64,000 nucleotides of DNA from Nitrospirota bacterium. Its GTDB lineage: Bacteria > Nitrospirota > Nitrospiria > Nitrospirales > Nitrospiraceae. The translations under genes and the position numbers were made by a program. This document shows positions 38,623 through 48,130 of the stretch, piece by piece; the stretch's first letter is position 1, and each line of letters opens with the position of its first letter. Below the pieces are notes generated by a model that saw only the letters and a list, made by a program, of their open reading frames with translations, searched no databases and was not told where the DNA came from. The stretch is taken from the NCBI GenBank assembly GCA_963701855.1, contig CAVPBK010000013.1:32001-96000 (forward strand), in the 5' to 3' direction.

Positions 38623-39257
38623 ACACGGACAAACTGATTCGTCGTTTTCTCCACTCCGATTTCAGTCTCCGGTCCATGCCCCGTCACCACGATCGTCGTG
38701 TCCTTCAAGGTGTACAGCCGTTCTCGAATGGATTGCTCAATGGCGTCGAAGTCTCCGCCCCAGAGATCGGTTCGCCCGATGCTACCGCGAAAGAGTGTGT
38801 CCCCGGCCAAGACAAAGTTATCGGACGGGAAATGAAAACTCATAGACCCGGGGGTGTGGCCTGGCGTATAGAGCGCGACAGCAGAGACCTGGCCGACCAG
38901 CAGCTTCTCTTCATCCTTGAGCAGGTAGTCGGGCATGGGGACAGGCACGTAAACAACACCGAACATCCGGCACTGCAACTCAAGATTCTTCCACAGCTCA
39001 AGATCATTCTGATGCAGACAGATCGTCGCCCCCGTCGCCTTCTTCAGTTCGCCGGATGCGAGAAAATGGTCGAAGTGGGCATGGGTGTGAAGAATATGCG
39101 TGACCGTCAATCCAAGTTCCTGCACCTCGCGCAGAATTCGCTCGTAGGCGCCGCCCGGATCGACCACGATCGCCTGTTTCGTCACCGGATCACCGATGAT
39201 CGAGCAATTGCAGCCAAGAGGCGGGACAGAGAATGTTTTTCTGATCATGGTGGACAT
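38619..39257 (-). CDS. MBL-fold metallo-hydrolase (glyoxalase II-like)
   Basis: THAHFDH, TPGHTPG, GDTLFRGSIGRTD, GHG. Confidence 0.92.
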   Translation of the reverse strand: MSTMIRKTFSVPPLGCNCSIIGDPVTKQAIVVDPGGAYERILREVQELGLTVTHILHTHAHFDHFLASGELKKATGATICLHQNDLELWKNLELQCRMFGVVYVPVPMPDYLLKDEEKLLVGQVSAVALYTPGHTPGSMSFHFPSDNFVLAGDTLFRGSIGRTDLWGGDFDAIEQSIRERLYTLKDTTIVVTGHGPETEIGVEKTTNQFVRV

Positions 39258-39285
39258 GATGAACGCATGCTACCGTCCAACCCCA

Positions 39286-39954
39286 TCAGGGTGCAAGCAG
39301 CGGCCCTCCGTCTGGCTCGACCTGAGCCTGAGTCATCCAAGCCACTTCCGTATCGAACAACGTCCAGCGTTGTCCTTGACGGCGACACCACACGAGAAAT
39401 CCCGCTCCGCTGCCGTCAGGACGTAGGACTTCGACATACAGCAGCGCATGATCATTGCGGAGGTTTCGCGCCACGCGAGAAAACGCCAGACGATCCAAGA
39501 CCGACGGCGCTTGAACCGGTCTCGCATGAGTCACCGTGGCTGGACGGACTAGAGAGACCTCCGGCTCTTCAATAATATCTCCGGTGGCGAGCCGGTAGCC
39601 GACACCGAAATGAAACCGTCTTTCAAGTCGGCTTGGTTGCCGGTTGATCACAGTGATTTCTCGAACCAGGTCCGCCGGCAGATCGCCATCGAAATACTCC
39701 TGTTCTTGAAAGGCTCCGATCGTCGTCGGTCCCTCTTGATCCGGAGAAAGGCGGAACTGCGTCGTTCGCTCGATCACGACCAACTGAGTTGCTGACGTGA
39801 GAAACTTGTTCGCCACCACCTGATCGTACAAGGCATAGTCTTCAACAGGAATGGCATCGGTCTTCTGATTCGATTCCGCCACCGCTCCAGGCAGACCGAA
39901 AACAACATTCGTGAGAAACACGATTATGATCAAGATCATCAGGCGAATCATCAT
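39286..39954 (-). CDS. Exported hypothetical protein
   Basis: Hydrophobic signal at 39954 followed by a globular domain; the longer ORF overlaps the divergent gene. Confidence 0.65.
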   Translation of the reverse strand: MMIRLMILIIIVFLTNVVFGLPGAVAESNQKTDAIPVEDYALYDQVVANKFLTSATQLVVIERTTQFRLSPDQEGPTTIGAFQEQEYFDGDLPADLVREITVINRQPSRLERRFHFGVGYRLATGDIIEEPEVSLVRPATVTHARPVQAPSVLDRLAFSRVARNLRNDHALLYVEVLRPDGSGAGFLVWCRRQGQRWTLFDTEVAWMTQAQVEPDGGPLLAP

Positions 39955-40046
39955 AAATTGAGCATAGCGTCTGGTATGAAGATCGGTCAATTCACGAAGT
40001 CCGACGTGGACAAGTCGGCGCGAAGCGTGGATAATCCGAAAAACGT

Positions 40047-40796
40047 ATGGAGGGACTTGATGTGCCGAACAAGACTCGATTGAACCAATGGCTCTTATGG
40101 ATCGGAGCGATCGCGCTCTGTCTCGCAACCAGCGGTTGCAAGCCGGACGACTCACCGTTCAAAGCGGAAAATGAATCACTTCGCAAGCAACTGGTCAAGC
40201 AGGAGTCAGTGGTCACCTCGCTGCAGGACGGAAACAAGGTCATGCATCAACAAATCGATCTGCTGAACCAGGAACTGCGCGACGCGAAACAATCGGCTGA
40301 GAGCGCCAAGGCTGAGGCCAAAGCCGTCGCCGCCGACCTGGCGATACAAGCAGCCCAGGCCAAGAAACTGAGCGCCGATGTCCAAAAAACCGCAGCGGCT
40401 CAGGCGGCGCAAAGTATCCATATCGAGGAGAAGGGAGGCCAAACCGACGAGATCCCCCGCCCCTTGAGTGCCGTCTTTAAGATGGTGGAAGAAGCCCTCA
40501 GCCGCAACGGATACCACATCAAAGTGAGTATCAAGACCGACCAGAAAGCGGTCTACGTGACGGAACGAAAAATCTCTCCCCCTACCTCGCTCGAAATCCC
40601 CGGTTCACGGAATCAATACGTGCTCTCGCTGCATGCACTCCCCTCGAACATCACCAGGCTCAGCGTCAAGGCCGATTTCGACAAACTAGCGCAGGGTGGA
40701 CGTATCCTCAGTGTGAGCGCCGAAGAAGTCGCGGAAATTGAACGGAGCCTCATCAGGGAAATTAACAAGGCTCTGGCCTCCCCCAACAAAACCTAG
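40047..40796 (+). CDS. Hypothetical lipoprotein with coiled coil
   Basis: TSGC lipobox-like motif, coiled coil, C-terminal alpha/beta domain; start may be GTG 40062. Confidence 0.72.
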   Translation: MEGLDVPNKTRLNQWLLWIGAIALCLATSGCKPDDSPFKAENESLRKQLVKQESVVTSLQDGNKVMHQQIDLLNQELRDAKQSAESAKAEAKAVAADLAIQAAQAKKLSADVQKTAAAQAAQSIHIEEKGGQTDEIPRPLSAVFKMVEEALSRNGYHIKVSIKTDQKAVYVTERKISPPTSLEIPGSRNQYVLSLHALPSNITRLSVKADFDKLAQGGRILSVSAEEVAEIERSLIREINKALASPNKT

Positions 40797-40992
40797 CAGG
40801 GTGCTGAAAAAGTCCGCCAGCATCGTTCTCGCATCGCTCAGAGGCTCAACGTACCGAAGCGTACGCCTCGCCTCTTCGCTCGCTGCGGCCTTGCTGACGG
40901 CCATTTTGAGCATCCTGCGAGATGTTTACGCGTCAACGTCACTCTATACAACGGGATTTGAACGCACACCGAGCTTTTCTACAGCCTGTTAA
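40793..40992. mobile_element. MITE-like family A composite copy
   Basis: CTAG-CAGGGTGCTGAAAAA...TTTTGAGCATCCTGC...TTTTCTACAGCCTG-TTAA; inverted homolog at 47272-47562. Confidence 0.8.
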
Positions 40993-41111
40993 CGCCCCAA
41001 TGGTCCATCGATCCGTGAAACGTGGAACCGTGAAAGGTTGCGGAGAAAGAGCGCGCAACAAAATTCCCTTTCCTTGGTGAGAAGCCAGCCTCGTGCTAGC
41101 ATTTCTCTCCT

Positions 41112-42674
41112 ATGGCTCTCTCAACCAGCGTGCACGATCTCCGCACCCTCATTCGCTCCTGTCACCCGCTGATCGCCATCGAGACGGTGGAAGAGGAACG
41201 AGTACTGGCGTTACTGCAATCGGTAGCTGCCCAAGAACGCATGCCACTGTTCGAATGGTCCGTCACCAGAGGACTCACCCGGCACGACGATGGACCGACA
41301 CTCAGTAAAATGACTGCCACGCCTCTCGCGCTCCTCCAGCATCTGCAGGGTCTGACCGTGGAGGCGATCTTCTGGCTCAAAGACCTCACGCCGCATCTAC
41401 AAGATGCCGCAGTTGCCCGCCAACTTCGAGAGGTCGCGACAACCTACGATCGTTCGCGTTCCACATGCCTGCTCACCGGCGATCCCATCGCTCTGCCGCT
41501 CGATATCGATAAAATCGTGGTCCGACTCGATCTGCAACTGCCGGATCGAGTCGAACTGCAGTCCATGCTCCAAAGCGTCCTGGAATCGCTCGGCCCCAGA
41601 ACCTTGTCCCGCCGCCCACGCTCGACCACCGTCGTGCAAAGCATCCTCAGTTCCATCAGCGACTCCAAAGCGGCAAACAAGGGCCCTTCGGCCAACGAGC
41701 GTGACGCTATCCTCCGCGCCTTGCAGGGACTGACGCTCCATCAAGCACGGCAGGTCATTACGCAATGCGTCGTCGAAGACGGGACCCTCTCCGCCGATGA
41801 CGTGCAGAAGATTCTGAAGCGCAAGGTGCAGGCCATCAAAGACGGCGGTCTGCTCGAATACTATCCGCTCGAAGACAACCAGTTCGAGCTGGGCGGATTC
41901 GCTAATCTGAAATCCTGGCTCGAACGTGCGAAAGTCGGTTTTACCACAGAAGCCAAGGCGCTCAATCTCACGCCCCCCAAAGGCATCATGCTTGTGGGTG
42001 TGCCGGGCTGCGGCAAATCGCTGGCCGCGAAGGCCATCGCGCGGGAGTGGCAGCTCCCACTCTTAAAACTCGACGCAGGCCGGTTGTTCGATAAATTCGT
42101 CGGTGAATCGGAAAAGAACTTCCGCAAGGCGATTGAGACGGCTGAATCGCTTTCTCCCATTGTTCTCTGGATCGATGAAATCGAAAAGGCGATGGCCGCT
42201 GGAGGCGGAAGCGGCGAGGCCGATGCGGGCCTGAGCCGCCGATTGTTCGGCGCATTTCTCACGTGGCTTCAGGAAAAAAAACAAGAGGTCTTCGTTGTGG
42301 CCACCGCCAACAATCTGTCGTTGCTTCCCCCCGAACTCCTTCGCAAAGGCCGATTCGATGAAATATTTTTCGTGGATCTGCCGGACGATAGCGAGCGGGA
42401 ATCCATCTGGAAGATTCATCTGGGTCTTCGGAAGCAGGACCCGAAACAGTTCGGCCTGCTCAAGATCGTCAGCGCCAGCGACGGCTTCAGCGGTTCGGAA
42501 ATCGAGCAGGCAGTGGTCGCAGCCCTCTATCGCGCACTCCACCAAAAATCACCACTGACGACCGATCTGTTGATTGAAGAATTGACCAACACTGTGCCAC
42601 TCTCCGTGACCCGGCGTGAAGACATCGATCAACTCCGGAAGACGGCCGAAGACCGGTTCGTCAACGTACGGTGA
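41112..42674 (+). CDS. AAA+ ATPase (Ycf46/SpoVK-like)
   Basis: GVPGCGKS Walker A, LWIDEIEK Walker [17 protein letters not shown]. Confidence 0.92.
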   Translation: MALSTSVHDLRTLIRSCHPLIAIETVEEERVLALLQSVAAQERMPLFEWSVTRGLTRHDDGPTLSKMTATPLALLQHLQGLTVEAIFWLKDLTPHLQDAAVARQLREVATTYDRSRSTCLLTGDPIALPLDIDKIVVRLDLQLPDRVELQSMLQSVLESLGPRTLSRRPRSTTVVQSILSSISDSKAANKGPSANERDAILRALQGLTLHQARQVITQCVVEDGTLSADDVQKILKRKVQAIKDGGLLEYYPLEDNQFELGGFANLKSWLERAKVGFTTEAKALNLTPPKGIMLVGVPGCGKSLAAKAIAREWQLPLLKLDAGRLFDKFVGESEKNFRKAIETAESLSPIVLWIDEIEKAMAAGGGSGEADAGLSRRLFGAFLTWLQEKKQEVFVVATANNLSLLPPELLRKGRFDEIFFVDLPDDSERESIWKIHLGLRKQDPKQFGLLKIVSASDGFSGSEIEQAVVAALYRALHQKSPLTTDLLIEELTNTVPLSVTRREDIDQLRKTAEDRFVNVR

Positions 42675-42678
42675 GGCG

Positions 42679-43347
42679 ATGCGATTCCTCTTCATCATGA
42701 CCACTATCGCAGTCGTGTCGCTCGTGGGCTGTGTCACGCGACCGATCGAACGTCCGCCCGCTTCGCTACCAATAGAGCGCCCCTGTTGTCGATCCGTTGA
42801 ACTTGCGCCGAGCCGGAGCGCGATCGTACGGACAGCGGCCAAACTCGTGGGCGCCAAAACGATTGAAAGCAACGGCAGGCACATCGCCTACGACTGCGCA
42901 GGGGTAACCCGTGCAGTCTTTCTCAGGCACGGGATCGATCTCTATGACAGTGACCTAATTGACTCTCACGCCAACGGCGTCCGGATCATCCATGCACATA
43001 TCCGGCAACAAGGTGCGTTCCACCAGGGACCAGTCGCCCACCCAGGCGATCTCATCTTCTTCGACAATACATGGGACTACAATGGGGATGGCAAGGTGAA
43101 CGACCCACTGACGCACGTTGGGATCGTCGAGCGGCAGGAGCCGGATGGTACCGTAGTCTTCATCAGTCGCGTAGCCGGCGCCGTCGAACGCTACCATATG
43201 AATATCAGCCTGCCTCACGTCCACAAGACCGCAGACGGCCGAATCCTCAACGACTATCTTCGCCGCAAGGATGCCTTCGACCAGGACGACACCAACTACC
43301 TCACAGGGGAGCTCTTTGCGCAGTTCGCCACTCGGGTGGGAAATTAG
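42679..43347 (+). CDS. NlpC/P60 (CHAP-like) cell-wall hydrolase lipoprotein
   Basis: LVGC lipobox, YDCAG, PGDLIFFDNT, THVGIV. Confidence 0.85.
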   Translation: MRFLFIMTTIAVVSLVGCVTRPIERPPASLPIERPCCRSVELAPSRSAIVRTAAKLVGAKTIESNGRHIAYDCAGVTRAVFLRHGIDLYDSDLIDSHANGVRIIHAHIRQQGAFHQGPVAHPGDLIFFDNTWDYNGDGKVNDPLTHVGIVERQEPDGTVVFISRVAGAVERYHMNISLPHVHKTADGRILNDYLRRKDAFDQDDTNYLTGELFAQFATRVGN

Positions 43348-43462
43348 CAGGACGCTGAAAAATCTTGCTGGTCTATCTCGTCTGTTCGGTCTGTCTGGTT
43401 CATTTAGTTGAACCAGATAAACGAGATAGACCAGAAAACCAGATGGACCAGACAGACCGGGC
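43344..43462. repeat. Family A end plus family B hairpin
   Basis: TTAG-CAGGACGCTGAAAAA followed by a 9-bp-periodic palindrome; the TAG is the NlpC stop codon. Confidence 0.72.
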
Positions 43463-43486
43463 TTGTGGCCCTGCTACACTTACCGT

Positions 43487-43921
43487 ATGGCTTCACTGCG
43501 ACCATGTAATCCTACTGCCCATACCGATCCACTACGCCACACCATGATGGAGGTACACCAGAAGCTCTTGTCCCTCTATAGCGCATTGATTGTGGCAGAG
43601 CGACTCACCTACGAACGCATCCACGGCCGCGTCGGCTCGACGGACAAGCTCATCCAGTTGCTGCTGAACGATCCCTGGTTCACGTGGCTCTGCCCCCTGC
43701 TGGATCTACTGCTCCGGATCGATCAACTCCTGGCCGACGACGCGTTTGACATCACCCATGAAAATGTCGAACATCTTGTGGCCGAGGTGCGCACCTTGAC
43801 CCGCCCATCTATCGAGGGCGATGGATTCGAGCGCGCCTATTACGAGGCTCTCAATCGAGCCCCTGAAGTGGTGCTTGCCCACTTCAACGTCACGCGCGTC
43901 CTACTGGCAGAAGCGGCCTAA
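43487..43921 (+). CDS. Hypothetical helical protein, paralog 1
   Basis: Highly similar to 44206-44637 (TYERIHGRV, NDPWFTWL, EGDGFERAYYEAL). Confidence 0.8.
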   Translation: MASLRPCNPTAHTDPLRHTMMEVHQKLLSLYSALIVAERLTYERIHGRVGSTDKLIQLLLNDPWFTWLCPLLDLLLRIDQLLADDAFDITHENVEHLVAEVRTLTRPSIEGDGFERAYYEALNRAPEVVLAHFNVTRVLLAEAA

Positions 43922-44000
43922 CCCCGTCCACCTCAAGCCACTCGGCCTCTTACCTGTCCCCTTTCTTCACACGACACTACCAGGCCGCAGCGAGTGGATC

Positions 44001-44103
44001 AGGTTGAGGTCAAGGTTGAGCGAAGATCAGACTCTTTCGACCTCAGCCTTGACCTGAGCCTTAACCTTCCAGAAAGCTGGCGATCTTTTCTACAGCCTGC
44101 TAA
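44001..44103. repeat. 6-bp-periodic hairpin (family C) plus family A end
   Basis: AGGTTG-AGGTCA-AGGTTG / CTCAGC-CTTGAC-CTGAGC-CTTAAC, then GCTGGCGATCTTTTCTACAGCCTG-CTAA. Confidence 0.7.
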
Positions 44104-44205
44104 AGCACAGGTCTGGATATGCCGATATCAAAACCATAACAAGTATTGATCTCCCATCGAATACCAGGGATCACCATTTTTTAAATAACCTGCTACAGTT
44201 ATTTT

Positions 44206-44637
44206 ATGGCGCATGTATCGCAGAAGAACTCGGCCAGAAAATCCTGCCCTCTACGCAAGAAAATCCTCGGCTTGCGGAGCAGCCTTTTGAGTCTCCACAA
44301 GGCCCTCATCCTGGCAGAACAAGTGACCTACGAACGTATCAATGGCCGTGTCGAGTCAACCAGCCAACTGCTGCAATTAGTGTTGAACGATCCTTGGTTT
44401 ACCTGGCTTCACCCCCTATCTCAGCTGGTGGTTCGTATCGATGAACTTCTGGATGACGAGTCCGAGCTATCGCTCGTTGAGGTAGAGCACTTTCTGATAG
44501 AAGCACGAACCCTCATCCGTCCTTCAGAGGAAGGAGACGGTTTCGAACGGAGTTACTACGAAGCCCTCCAGCGGGAGCCCGACGTCATCTTCGCCCACGT
44601 CGAAGTGAAGAGCCTTCTTACCAAAGTCGCCGCGTAA
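44206..44637 (+). CDS. Hypothetical helical protein, paralog 2
   Basis: LLSLHKAL, TYERINGRV, NDPWFTWLHPLSQLVVRIDE. Confidence 0.82.
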   Translation: MAHVSQKNSARKSCPLRKKILGLRSSLLSLHKALILAEQVTYERINGRVESTSQLLQLVLNDPWFTWLHPLSQLVVRIDELLDDESELSLVEVEHFLIEARTLIRPSEEGDGFERSYYEALQREPDVIFAHVEVKSLLTKVAA

Positions 44638-44704
44638 TGCTCTGAAATACTCGCACCTCTCCTATCTCCTGAGCCGCTCTAGCCTTCCTCTGAAACAATG
44701 CCCC

Positions 44705-44830
44705 GCAGGATGTTCAAACTGGTTTGTTTTGTTCATCTGGTTAGTTTCGGTTAACCAAACAAACGAGAGAAACCAGACAAACCAAATAACGGTCTTCTTG
44801 CGCTGGCGGATTTTTTCAGCACCCTGCTAA
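44705..44830. mobile_element. Short family A element with family B hairpin cargo
   Basis: GCAGGATGTTCAAA ... GCTGGCGGATTTTTTCAGCACCCTG-CTAA. Confidence 0.75.
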
Positions 44831-44892
44831 TTCAAAGAATCAAGTTTTTCTTGCCTGTACCGATACGTAAAGTAGACTCATGTACGGAGATT

Positions 44893-45264
44893 ATGGCTAT
44901 GCAACCACGATGTCGCCTGCGAGTCCCCGTCGGCTACCCTGCGAGTATTCAAAGCGACATCGGCGCCGGAGAAGGAGTCTTGCTCGACCTCTCACCCGCT
45001 GGCTGCAGGATGCGTAGCGACATCGCGCTGAATGCGGGAACCTATCTCACACTGCGGATTGCTGTTGCGCAGGACCCAACCCCCCTGGCCGTGGAAGTCT
45101 CGGTCGTTCGCTGGTGCAAAGACGGGAACTTCGGAGTAGAGTTTCTACGGTACAGTCAGGGAGACCGTGAACGAGTCACAAATCTTGTCGAACCCCTGCC
45201 ACAAACCGAAATACCTGCCTATCTTGATCACGCAACGTTGACGCTGACCACCGTCGGCCCTTAA
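44893..45264 (+). CDS. PilZ domain protein
   Basis: RCRLR (RxxxR), DLSPAG (DxSxxG), VVRW, FGVEF; GGAG RBS. Confidence 0.85.
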   Translation: MAMQPRCRLRVPVGYPASIQSDIGAGEGVLLDLSPAGCRMRSDIALNAGTYLTLRIAVAQDPTPLAVEVSVVRWCKDGNFGVEFLRYSQGDRERVTNLVEPLPQTEIPAYLDHATLTLTTVGP

Positions 45265-45511
45265 TCCCCATTATTCATGAACGCTTCTACGGCAATCACA
45301 GATTCGCCGCTCTTGTCCATGAAACGTCGTTCGTGAAGCATGACGCAGGATGGAGTGTGCTTCTCTACAGCGGCGTATGCGAGATACGAACGGCGGAAAA
45401 ATTGTTTGTCAAAACAGACACGTAATCTACTCAGATATTCCAAAAACACGAAAGCGACCGGCCCGTAAGGACCGATCGCCTCAGTTCGAGTTACCCTCGC
45501 GACGTTATCGA

Positions 45512-45826
45512 TTAGTTCTTCTCGTGCTTGTCACCATCTTCGTGCTTGTCCTTGTCATCATGCTTCTCCCGATCTTTGTGCTTCCCGCGGCCTTTATGCT
45601 CACCATCTTTCCGGTGCTCTCCGCTCTTGCCTCTCTCGCGATGCTCTTTTTTCATCTTGCCATGCTTCTCTTTGTGTCCTTCGCCCTTGGGCGCTTCCAT
45701 CGATGGAGCAGGAGCGGTTGCCGGTGGGACGGTTGGAGCCGGAGTCGGTTCCGGCGCTTGGGCCAAGACACTTGTAAAAGCATACAACACTGCGGCAGCC
45801 GTCAATGAAGCCACTGTTTTGGTCAT
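45512..45826 (-). CDS. Small secreted low-complexity Pro- then His/Lys-rich protein
   Basis: Signal peptide ending VLA, GGGAGG RBS, H/K/E/D-rich tail. Confidence 0.72.
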   Translation of the reverse strand: MTKTVASLTAAAVLYAFTSVLAQAPEPTPAPTVPPATAPAPSMEAPKGEGHKEKHGKMKKEHRERGKSGEHRKDGEHKGRGKHKDREKHDDKDKHEDGDKHEKN

Positions 45827-45886
45827 GCAAATCCTCCCTGGGTTAGATTCAAGTATGCGGTGTCACCCACTTCTTGGCCTCACCCT

Positions 45887-45902
45887 CGCAAGGCCGATGC
45901 CA
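45887..45902 (-). promoter_or_regulatory. Putative sigma54 (-24/-12) promoter
   Basis: TGGCAT-CGGCC-TTGCG on the minus strand, 60 nt upstream of 45826. Confidence 0.55.
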
Positions 45903-46171
45903 CAGTGAGGGAAGAAAATGGCCCATTTCCCCCTTACAACTGGGGTGTGTCTTGGCTGTTCAAGCAATTCGTACAGAAGCTGAGGCGAGATGGCTGGTTT
46001 ACCCTCCATCTCGCCTCAGGCCTGTCGCAGAGATTCCAACATCATACAACCTGAAGTCACAGACCTCGCCCCGTGCGTTGGCCGCAGTAGTTGTAGTTAA
46101 CGTGGGCCTCTGTGCGGGCCTGCTATGCTTACTTAGGTAGACCGAACCCATTTCCGACAAAGGAGGCACCG

Positions 46172-46564
46172 ATGAAAGGACGACACTGGATCACGCTCGG
46201 CAGTCTGGCACTCACTCTCATGGCAATACAGCAGCCCGCCTTTGCACAGAACGGCAATGCGGGGGGAGGAGAGGTACGGGAAGACCGCAGCGACCTGCGT
46301 CAAGATCAGCGAGACATTCGAGAAGATCGCCGCGACATCCGCAAGGATCATAGAGACCTCCAGGGTGATCGACGAGATCTCCGGCAGGATGTTCAATCAG
46401 GAGCGAGTCAGGAACAGATCGCGCAAGATCGGCGAAACATTCGCCAAGGTCGGCAGGATCTTCGGAAAGATCATCGGGATCTTCGGCATGATGGCCAAGA
46501 CCGGCGTGGAGACCGGCGAGACCTACGGCACGATATGGCTGGCCGAAAAGGCCACAGCCGTTAA
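46172..46564 (+). CDS. Secreted heptad-repeat (RxDxRD[LI]) coiled-coil protein
   Basis: AAGGAGG RBS, signal peptide ending AFA, about 11 heptads. Confidence 0.8.
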   Translation: MKGRHWITLGSLALTLMAIQQPAFAQNGNAGGGEVREDRSDLRQDQRDIREDRRDIRKDHRDLQGDRRDLRQDVQSGASQEQIAQDRRNIRQGRQDLRKDHRDLRHDGQDRRGDRRDLRHDMAGRKGHSR

Positions 46565-46581
46565 GTATTTACGGGCAAGAG

Positions 46582-46617
46582 AAGCCGGCAACAGCTTCGG
46601 TTGTTGCCGGCTTTTTT
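46582..46617 (+). terminator. Intrinsic terminator
   Basis: AAGCCGGCAACAGC-TTCG-GTTGTTGCCGGCTT followed by a T-tract. Confidence 0.9.
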
Positions 46618-46777
46618 ACGGAGAAATTGCAGCATTCAGGTGTTCAGGCTGAAGGCTGAAGTGTGGAAACTATACATGGTCTCGCAAGACACGAATTGAG
46701 CCATTCAAGGCATTCTTAGTTTCCACGACCTTACCCCAAAACCCCTCAGCCTATTTACCTGAGTCCGGCACGGTCCA

Positions 46778-47215
46778 TCACATCCGCCCTTCATCAAGCT
46801 CGATCACATCGGCCCAGGTAGAGACAGAAGGAAGAGACGCGACCGGTACGCCGCGCTTCATTGCAATGTCTTGAACGCGCCCCTGGAATCGCTGGCGTGC
46901 CGCATCGTCTTTGGGGCCTGAAGTCAGGAGTCCCTGGCTCCATTCCGCAATTTCTTGGTCAGACGGTTTTCGACTGTTGGCCTTCACCCAGGCGAGCAAT
47001 TCCTCATCCGTTCCGCTAGCTAATACCCGCTGCTCAAACGCTTTCGGATCGATCTGCAGAAAATCGACCAGGTACTTATCAAACCCCACCGTGATGTAGT
47101 TGTAGTCCTGAATCTTGCCTGCATGCCGCAAACGAATCTTGTCGATAAACCGCCCCAGATGGGCAATGCCACCGAGGAGGGATTTGGGACTGCGGGGGTA
47201 GGTTGGTTGTGCCAT
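46778..47215 (-). CDS. DUF5069-like protein
   Basis: YPRSP..LGGIAHLGRFIDKIR, DEELLAWV, terminal LDEGR; GGAG RBS. Confidence 0.8.
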   Translation of the reverse strand: MAQPTYPRSPKSLLGGIAHLGRFIDKIRLRHAGKIQDYNYITVGFDKYLVDFLQIDPKAFEQRVLASGTDEELLAWVKANSRKPSDQEIAEWSQGLLTSGPKDDAARQRFQGRVQDIAMKRGVPVASLPSVSTWADVIELDEGRM

Positions 47216-47271
47216 AATAGTTTCTCCAGAATTGTGGTTGCCCAAAACATACAGATGAGGACGAGAGAAGT

Positions 47272-47562
47272 CTAGAAGGCTGCGGAAAGCTCGGCTTATA
47301 CGCAAATCGCCGTTGGAAAGCGTTCATGTGGAACTGATGCTCAAATAATGCAGGGTGCTCAAAAGGGCCGTCCAGCAAGGCCGCAGTGAGCGAAGAGGCG
47401 AGGAGGTACAGCCCGCACTTCGTGTAGTCGTTTGCCCTTTTCAATAGTTCTTGGCAAACGGAAAAGCCCCTCACGTGTTTCCGATCTCCGAGGGAGTTTC
47501 TCTCATCGTTGAGCCTCTGAGCGATGCGAGAACGATGCTGGCGGTCTTTTTCAGCATCCTGC
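47272..47562. mobile_element. MITE-like family A composite copy (inverted, with an extra internal segment)
   Basis: Reverse-complement homolog of 40796-40990 with about 90 extra nt at 47411-47507. Confidence 0.78.
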
Positions 47563-47632
47563 CAGGAGGGACGACGAGCGTTGGTGCGCCGCAGCTGCTC
47601 CCCACCTCCCGGAACGACTCTCGTGGGCTCGG

Positions 47633-47706
47633 CCGAGTGGAAGCCTTCTGGAATTCCCTCAGCTGCGATCTTTCGATCGCAGCACTTCAGTCAATTCCGG
47701 CTTTCC
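47633..47706 (+). repeat. Left copy of the inverted repeat flanking the cassette array
   Basis: GGAAGCCTTCTGGAATTCC..GCTGCGATC..GATCGCAG..CTTCAGTCA matches 50422-50494 in reverse. Confidence 0.8.
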
Positions 47707-47709
47707 CAG

Positions 47710-47917
47710 CGCGCATGATCCATGAGGGCTCTACTGCAACTGCGGACACGCCGCTACGACAAACCAGTATGCTCATAGTCTACATACTGGCGGGCGGGCT
47801 TGCCCCTCCCGACCTCAACGTACTGCTTCGAGTACGCCTCGGCCTCTCGGGGCTCCACGCGCCCGTCTCGCTTGGCGTCTCCACAGTTTCGTCACGAGTC
47901 TCCATGAATCATGCGCG
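47710..47917. mobile_element. Second MITE-like element (family D)
   Basis: Terminal inverted repeats GCGCATGATCCATGAG / CCATGAATCATGCGC; internal CCTCAACGTAC..GAGTACGCCTC shared with family A. Confidence 0.62.
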
Positions 47918-48064
47918 CCAGCCGCGCCTCGATGGCCCCCCGTTCTTCCGGTGAGGTCGTGCGGCAGCATGCCAGCGCTCGGAGCAATCAACGGTTCGTG
48001 GAATCCTTTTCATTGCTTGGAACCTATTCTTTGCCGAGCGCCATTCTTACGCACACATTTGCAG

Positions 48065-48129
48065 GTTTAACGTTTGATCTCAGCTGAGTGCGGAGACCAT
48101 AGCACGTCGGCTGGAGCGAAGAGTTGGGC
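48065..48129 (-). other. Integron attC site (cassette 3)
   Basis: Minus strand: GCCCAAC just after TGA, CTCCAGCCGA / TCAGCTGAG inner repeats, ends GTTAAAC; 65 bp. Confidence 0.82.
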
Positions 48130-48130
48130 G

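Noticed and set aside
38256..39575. 439-aa plus-strand ORF and similar long antisense ORFs (5629, 10078, 19936, 26081, 51480, 54440)
   Set aside because: They are shadow frames opposite well-supported genes or run through repeats, with no recognisable motifs.
4200..44790. Periodic repeats as a CRISPR array
   Set aside because: There are no identical direct repeats with unique spacers and no cas genes; the tracts are degenerate palindromes.
47079..47954. Small ORFs over 47079-47954, 3054-3467, 40686-40992 and 50304-50668
   Set aside because: They are translations of the repeat elements and share peptide strings only for that reason.
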